Source: Bacillota bacterium
GTDB taxonomy: Bacteria > Bacillota > Clostridia > Christensenellales > JAEXRW01
Assembly (NCBI GenBank): GCA_023454175.1
Contig: JAEXRW010000028.1
Location: forward strand, 2,200 to 66,199
Length of the DNA: 64,000 bases
Reading direction: 5' to 3'
How positions within the stretch are numbered: position 1 is the stretch's first letter; the number at the start of each line of letters is the position of its first letter. Positions 60,168 to 64,000 of the stretch are shown piece by piece. A program made the position numbers and the translations under genes. The notes under the pieces were generated by a model, which saw only the letters and a program-made list of their open reading frames with translations, searched no databases and had not been told where the DNA came from.

Positions 60168-60368
60168 TCAGCATGATTTGATGCCGCAGCCCCCACCTCT
60201 TTCTCCACAGCAGCAGCACAGAAGGATGATGATCCACAGCCATTGCCCATCGCCCCCGCCTTTGCCGCCCCAGAAACCGAAACCACCTTTTTCATCACCA
60301 CAGCAGCAGCACAGGAGAAGCAATATGATCATGCACCAGCAATTGTTGCCTCCATCAAAGAAACCCAT
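60168..60368 (-). CDS. small Cys/Gly-rich protein, paralog A (66 aa)
   Basis: Start context GGAGGGtttgttATGGGTTTC. Sequence MGFFDGGNNCWCMIILLLLCCCCGDEKGGFGFWGGKGGGDGQWLWIIILLCCCCGERGGGCGIKSC, an internal duplication of the [W.W/hydrophobic/CCCCG] unit. Confidence 0.45.
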   Translation of the reverse strand: MGFFDGGNNCWCMIILLLLCCCCGDEKGGFGFWGGKGGGDGQWLWIIILLCCCCGERGGGCGIKSC

Positions 60369-60523
60369 AACAAACCCTCCTTTATGAAGTTATCCCGGCT
60401 GCTACATGATATGCTTGTGTATTTTCACTGGTGCGTATGAATCCGCGCGTCAAACCGTTACAAATACGGTATTCAAGCGTGCGCTCCTTATAAGAGAAAG
60501 GAGAGCGGGGAGGCAGGTGTATA

Positions 60524-60850
60524 ATGTACAATTTACAATGTACAATTTACAATTGCAGGATGCCCTACGGGCATGGATTTATTCATGGACAGTTGAGACA
60601 AACAAGCGGTGATGGTACCAAGCAGAAGTGAGTGTGTGCGCACACTCACCGATGAAAACACAGGTTGAAGCAGTTAGCTTTCTCTCCCCCAAGCCGCAAA
60701 GCGATCCAAAGGATCGCTTGGGGCGACAGCCCCCCTCATAAACGCGCACTATGCGCGTCAGATGGGGCTAAGATTATGGCATTGTAACAGTTAATTTCAG
60801 GGTAGAGTTGAAAGCCGAAAGTTGTGGTATGCCTAACGGCATGATCGATT
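60524..60850 (+). repeat. mosaic repeat region (GTACAAT/TTACAAT heptads x4, TTGCAGGATGCCCTACGGGCATGG hairpin, nested palindrome module, second heptad block with TGTGGTATGCCTAACGGCATGATCG)
   Basis: Module at 60690-60775 closely matches 5540-5600. The heptads here lack stop codons. Candidate TerL start codons lie in the terminal hairpin module. Confidence 0.6.
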
Positions 60851-62373
60851 CAGGCAGCGTTATGAGTATGAATGCGGCCGGCCTTGACTTGCATAGGGTG
60901 ACCAGGCGATATTTGCCTGCCAGACCCGAATCGTATCTGAAATACCAGGGGGCAAAACAATTGGAGAAGCTGGATATCCGGCTCGGATACACCCCGACAG
61001 AAAAGCAGGCGGTATTCCACCGCAGCACAGCGGATGAAGTATTATACGGAGGCGCGGCGGGGGGCGGAAAGTCCCTGGCCACGGTGATGGAGGCACTGAT
61101 ACGGTGCCTGCGGACGCCGGGGGTATGCGCGTACCTTTTCAGAAGGACGTACCGGGAGCTGGAGGATACGCTCATATCCCAGGCGAGGCGGTTCGTCCCG
61201 CCGGCGATGGGGCGGTATACCGGCTCCAACCACAGCATGGAGCTGGTGAACGGGAGCGTGATGCGCTTCCGCTACTGTGCACGCGACGACGACGTGTACA
61301 GTTACCAGGGGGCGGAAATGCACGTGCTGTGCATCGACGAACTGACCCACTTTTCCAAGAAGGCGTACGACTACCTGAAATCCCGCCTGCGGGCGAATAC
61401 GGAATTGGCCATTAAGCCCGTCGTGCGGTGCACCTCCAACCCGGGGGGCGTGGGGCATGCGTGGGTGAAGGAGCATTTCGTGGACCGGGGGGAGCCATAC
61501 ATCCTGCACGCCGTGAACGTCCGTTCGGATATCTTCAAAACCACCCAGACAAGGACCATCCAGTACATCCCGGCGAAGGCGACGGATAACCCGCACATCG
61601 GCCGGGACTACATCTTTGAGCTGGAGCAGAAACCGCAGGCGCTGCGGGACGCATTATTACACGGAATATGGACGACATTCGAGGGGCAGGTCTTCTGCGA
61701 GTGGCGGGACCAGCCGGAGCATTACAAGGACGGCAAATGGACGCACGTGATCGAGCCTTTCGCCATCCCGAAAAGCTGGAGGCGCTACCGGTCGTTTGAC
61801 TTCGGGTATGCGCGGCCTTTCTGCGTGCAGTGGTGGGCTATTGATAATGACGGACGTAGTTACCTGTATCGGGAGTGGTACGGGTGCACGGGGGAGCCGG
61901 ATACGGGGCTGAAGTTATCAGCGGATAAAATCGCGGACGGTATCCGGGAGATGGAATCGGCGGCAGGTGAGGAGGGCATGACAGGGCTGGCGGACCCCTC
62001 CATCTGGGACGGCTCGCGCGGGGAATCCATCGCAGCGCAGATGGAGAAGCGGGGCGTGCATTTCCTCCCGGCGGAGAACGCAAGGCTGCCGGGAAAGATG
62101 CTGGTGCACGAGAAGCTCGCATTTGACAGTGAGGGGCGGCCGGGGATGCAGGTATTCAAAACGTGCAGGCACTTCATCCGGACGATTCCCGCCCTTACAT
62201 ACGACCCGTACCGGGTGGAGGATGTGGACACACGGTGCGAGGACCACGCATATGACGCGATGCGGTATTTCCTGACGGTGAGCCCTAAGGCGAGGAAGGT
62301 AAAGACGGTTAAAATACCGGTGTATGATCCGCTGAAAGACAACAGGGGAGAGAAAGAAGGGTACTGGGAGTAG
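60841..62373 (+). CDS. phage terminase large subunit
   Basis: Walker A YGGAAGGGKS, Walker B LCIDELTHF, and C-terminal RNaseH-like nuclease with EDHAYDAMRYF. Start is uncertain (ATG 60841, 60862 or 60868), and the candidate starts lie inside an intergenic repeat module. Confidence 0.75.
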   Translation: MIDSGSVMSMNAAGLDLHRVTRRYLPARPESYLKYQGAKQLEKLDIRLGYTPTEKQAVFHRSTADEVLYGGAAGGGKSLATVMEALIRCLRTPGVCAYLFRRTYRELEDTLISQARRFVPPAMGRYTGSNHSMELVNGSVMRFRYCARDDDVYSYQGAEMHVLCIDELTHFSKKAYDYLKSRLRANTELAIKPVVRCTSNPGGVGHAWVKEHFVDRGEPYILHAVNVRSDIFKTTQTRTIQYIPAKATDNPHIGRDYIFELEQKPQALRDALLHGIWTTFEGQVFCEWRDQPEHYKDGKWTHVIEPFAIPKSWRRYRSFDFGYARPFCVQWWAIDNDGRSYLYREWYGCTGEPDTGLKLSADKIADGIREMESAAGEEGMTGLADPSIWDGSRGESIAAQMEKRGVHFLPAENARLPGKMLVHEKLAFDSEGRPGMQVFKTCRHFIRTIPALTYDPYRVEDVDTRCEDHAYDAMRYFLTVSPKARKVKTVKIPVYDPLKDNRGEKEGYWE

Positions 62374-62376
62374 TCT

Positions 62377-62440
62377 GAAATGTACAATGTACAATGGCGG
62401 AATGCAGGCCGAATCCTTATCCGGCACCCTGGCATGGATT
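62377..62440 (+). repeat. mosaic intergenic repeat element (AATGTAC heptads x2, then AATGGCGGAATGCAGGCCG)
   Basis: Begins 4 nt after the TerL stop. Confidence 0.6.
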
Positions 62441-62862
62441 ATATAGCCCTAAGAGTCATCTATGTGGGCATGGAGGGGATATGAAGGTCCGAGCCAAAAA
62501 GTTGGACGATCCTTCTACGAAATACTCAACCCTTACGCCCAGGCTAATTCCGAATAAACATAAGAAGTAATAAAGAACTTTACATTTTTCGACATGGGCA
62601 TTATCCTGTTAGTAGATACTGCATTATCAACCGTATTGTGGAAACCTCTATGTTATCATTGCAGCTTTTCATTAACACGCGGAAGGCACCACAGCGTATA
62701 AAGAATCACCGAAATTAACAGTAAGTACAGGAGCTTTCTTCTGTGGACAAACCAAAGTATAAGAACAAATACATATTCCGCCTGTTTTCATCTCTTATTG
62801 CATTATTCGGTTCCAGGGATACTATAAACTTCAAGAATGTCCGCCCAAAATATATAAAATAT

Positions 62863-64000
62863 ATGTTTATTTTCCCTTTGGCACCTGTTTTTGCTAATAT
62901 GCAAGGTTCGCTGTTTACCGGAAATGTCCGTTTATTCGGACTCGATGCCATGACGCTCATGGGATGTGCTTATTGTCTTGGCGCAGGCGCATTATTTGCG
63001 TTTTCCAAGGTGGGGAACATGGCCCTTGTCTCCAGAATATCGGCCATCATTACGGCGGCCGCCTTTGTACCGTGGCTGGTCATTCCGGAAAGCCATATCA
63101 GCCTGCTGCTCGCGGTGGTATTCATGTTCGGTTTGGGCGGCTGCGCAGCTTGCGCGTGCTTTTCTTATACTTTTGCACTGAATAACACAGAACGTTTCCT
63201 GGGCGCGGCAATGATATCGCTTTTCTTTGTCCTTATGCAGCTTGACTATGGCATGTCGCTGCTATCCCATCTTTTCAGCAGACTGTATATTTCGGCGCTC
63301 GTAGCCGGAGCCGTTATTTGCCTGATGCTATACAAGCAAAGAGACTTCTCCGACATATCCCCAAAGCGTAGAGCGACTTTAAATCCTCCAGTCAAATTGA
63401 TGCTCTATTTCTTTGTAGCACATTGTTTCGTGGAAATATTCTATACCTATCTGCCAGGAGCGTCTACGACCGGAGCGATAGTTTCAAACGGATTAGTGGG
63501 TATTTTGGCGATGTGCCTGTCGGTTGTGACGCAGATGATAGCCAAACGCAGCGTGTGGCACATGTGCAACCTGTTTTTCGTTGCAATCATATGTACTTAT
63601 GCGCTTTATTTCATGCCGGAGGGTTCGGCGGGCCGGGACGTCGCCCGATGGTCCCACGGGTTTGAGCAGGTGGGATATATCGCATCGTATTACCTCCTTG
63701 GCTGTGTCTTTAAAAAGCATGGCGATTTTCGTCTGTTCAAGATATGCCTTGTTATCATTTTACCGGCCAGCATGTTGTATTATTTGATTCCCGGCGTCAT
63801 TTCAGCATATGCGCCGGAGTTTTTACCACTGGCGGCAATACTTGCTTCAGGTACTTTATTCCTGGTTTTTGTACTTTTATCACCCGCCTATTCCAAACAC
63901 CTTTTCTCCACGGCCTGGTCGGACGATTTTCACCGTATCGACATGACCGGCACCCAGATGGCGGCCGAACACGCGGGCAGGCTGGAATATTTAAACCTTT
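62863..64000 (+). CDS. polytopic membrane protein (transporter-like), 3' end beyond window
   Basis: Manual translation from ATG 62863 (or 62899) is open to the window end: MQGSLFTGNVRLFGLDAMTLMGCAYCLGAGALFAFSK... About 10 hydrophobic segments. Absent from the ORF track because no stop falls inside the window. Confidence 0.4.
   Translation, partial: MFIFPLAPVFANMQGSLFTGNVRLFGLDAMTLMGCAYCLGAGALFAFSKVGNMALVSRISAIITAAAFVPWLVIPESHISLLLAVVFMFGLGGCAACACFSYTFALNNTERFLGAAMISLFFVLMQLDYGMSLLSHLFSRLYISALVAGAVICLMLYKQRDFSDISPKRRATLNPPVKLMLYFFVAHCFVEIFYTYLPGASTTGAIVSNGLVGILAMCLSVVTQMIAKRSVWHMCNLFFVAIICTYALYFMPEGSAGRDVARWSHGFEQVGYIASYYLLGCVFKKHGDFRLFKICLVIILPASMLYYLIPGVISAYAPEFLPLAAILASGTLFLVFVLLSPAYSKHLFSTAWSDDFHRIDMTGTQMAAEHAGRLEYLNL

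Noticed and set aside
59899-60387. P/Q-rich 162-aa ORF on the + strand
   Set aside because: No RBS, whereas the - strand carries two ORFs with identical strong GGAGGG-n6-ATG contexts. Low-complexity DNA is open in all frames. Kept only as an alternative in the finding.

Overview
This is a 64-kb chromosomal segment from a high-GC, Gram-positive, Clostridia-like genome. Coding regions are roughly 58-62% GC. The taxonomic guess is an inference from the surface-protein domain types, the NfeD-flotillin pair, the aadK-like gene and pcm. Most genes are on the + strand.

Gene content:
- NHEJ genes. LigD is split into a ligase gene (4.5 kb) and a polymerase-domain gene (5.8 kb) with a repeat element between them. 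Ku lies about 51 kb away (57.6 kb).
- Three giant secreted surface proteins (19.7-26.2, 44.2-49.5 and 54.2-56.9 kb), a GH5-like secreted glycosidase (36.9-40.7 kb) and a GH3 beta-glucosidase.
- S8 peptidase, ANT(6), pcm, acyltransferases, an esterase, TetR and MarR regulators, and a histidine phosphatase.
- Three isolated phage DNA-packaging genes (portal 42.3-43.8 kb, TerS 56.9-57.4 kb, TerL 60.8-62.4 kb), each a single gene among host genes.
- Two low-GC islets. One at 0.3-1.5 kb holds an HNH-domain protein beside a SLATT/DUF4231-like gene that runs off the window start. One at 28.85-30.5 kb holds a long MazF/PemK-like protein and a small divergent hydrophobic peptide.

The strongest signal not explained by genes is a family of at least 14 mosaic intergenic repeat elements. 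Each has tandem AT-rich heptads, then a GCGGAATGC hairpin, then GC-rich palindromic modules. Nearly all copies share one orientation and start at or overlap the stop codons of + strand genes.

Other points: a frameshifted DUF2935 gene, a cytidine deaminase remnant, two tandem small Cys/Gly-rich genes with identical RBS/start contexts, and a proline-rich repeat protein. I found no rRNA, tRNA or CRISPR array.
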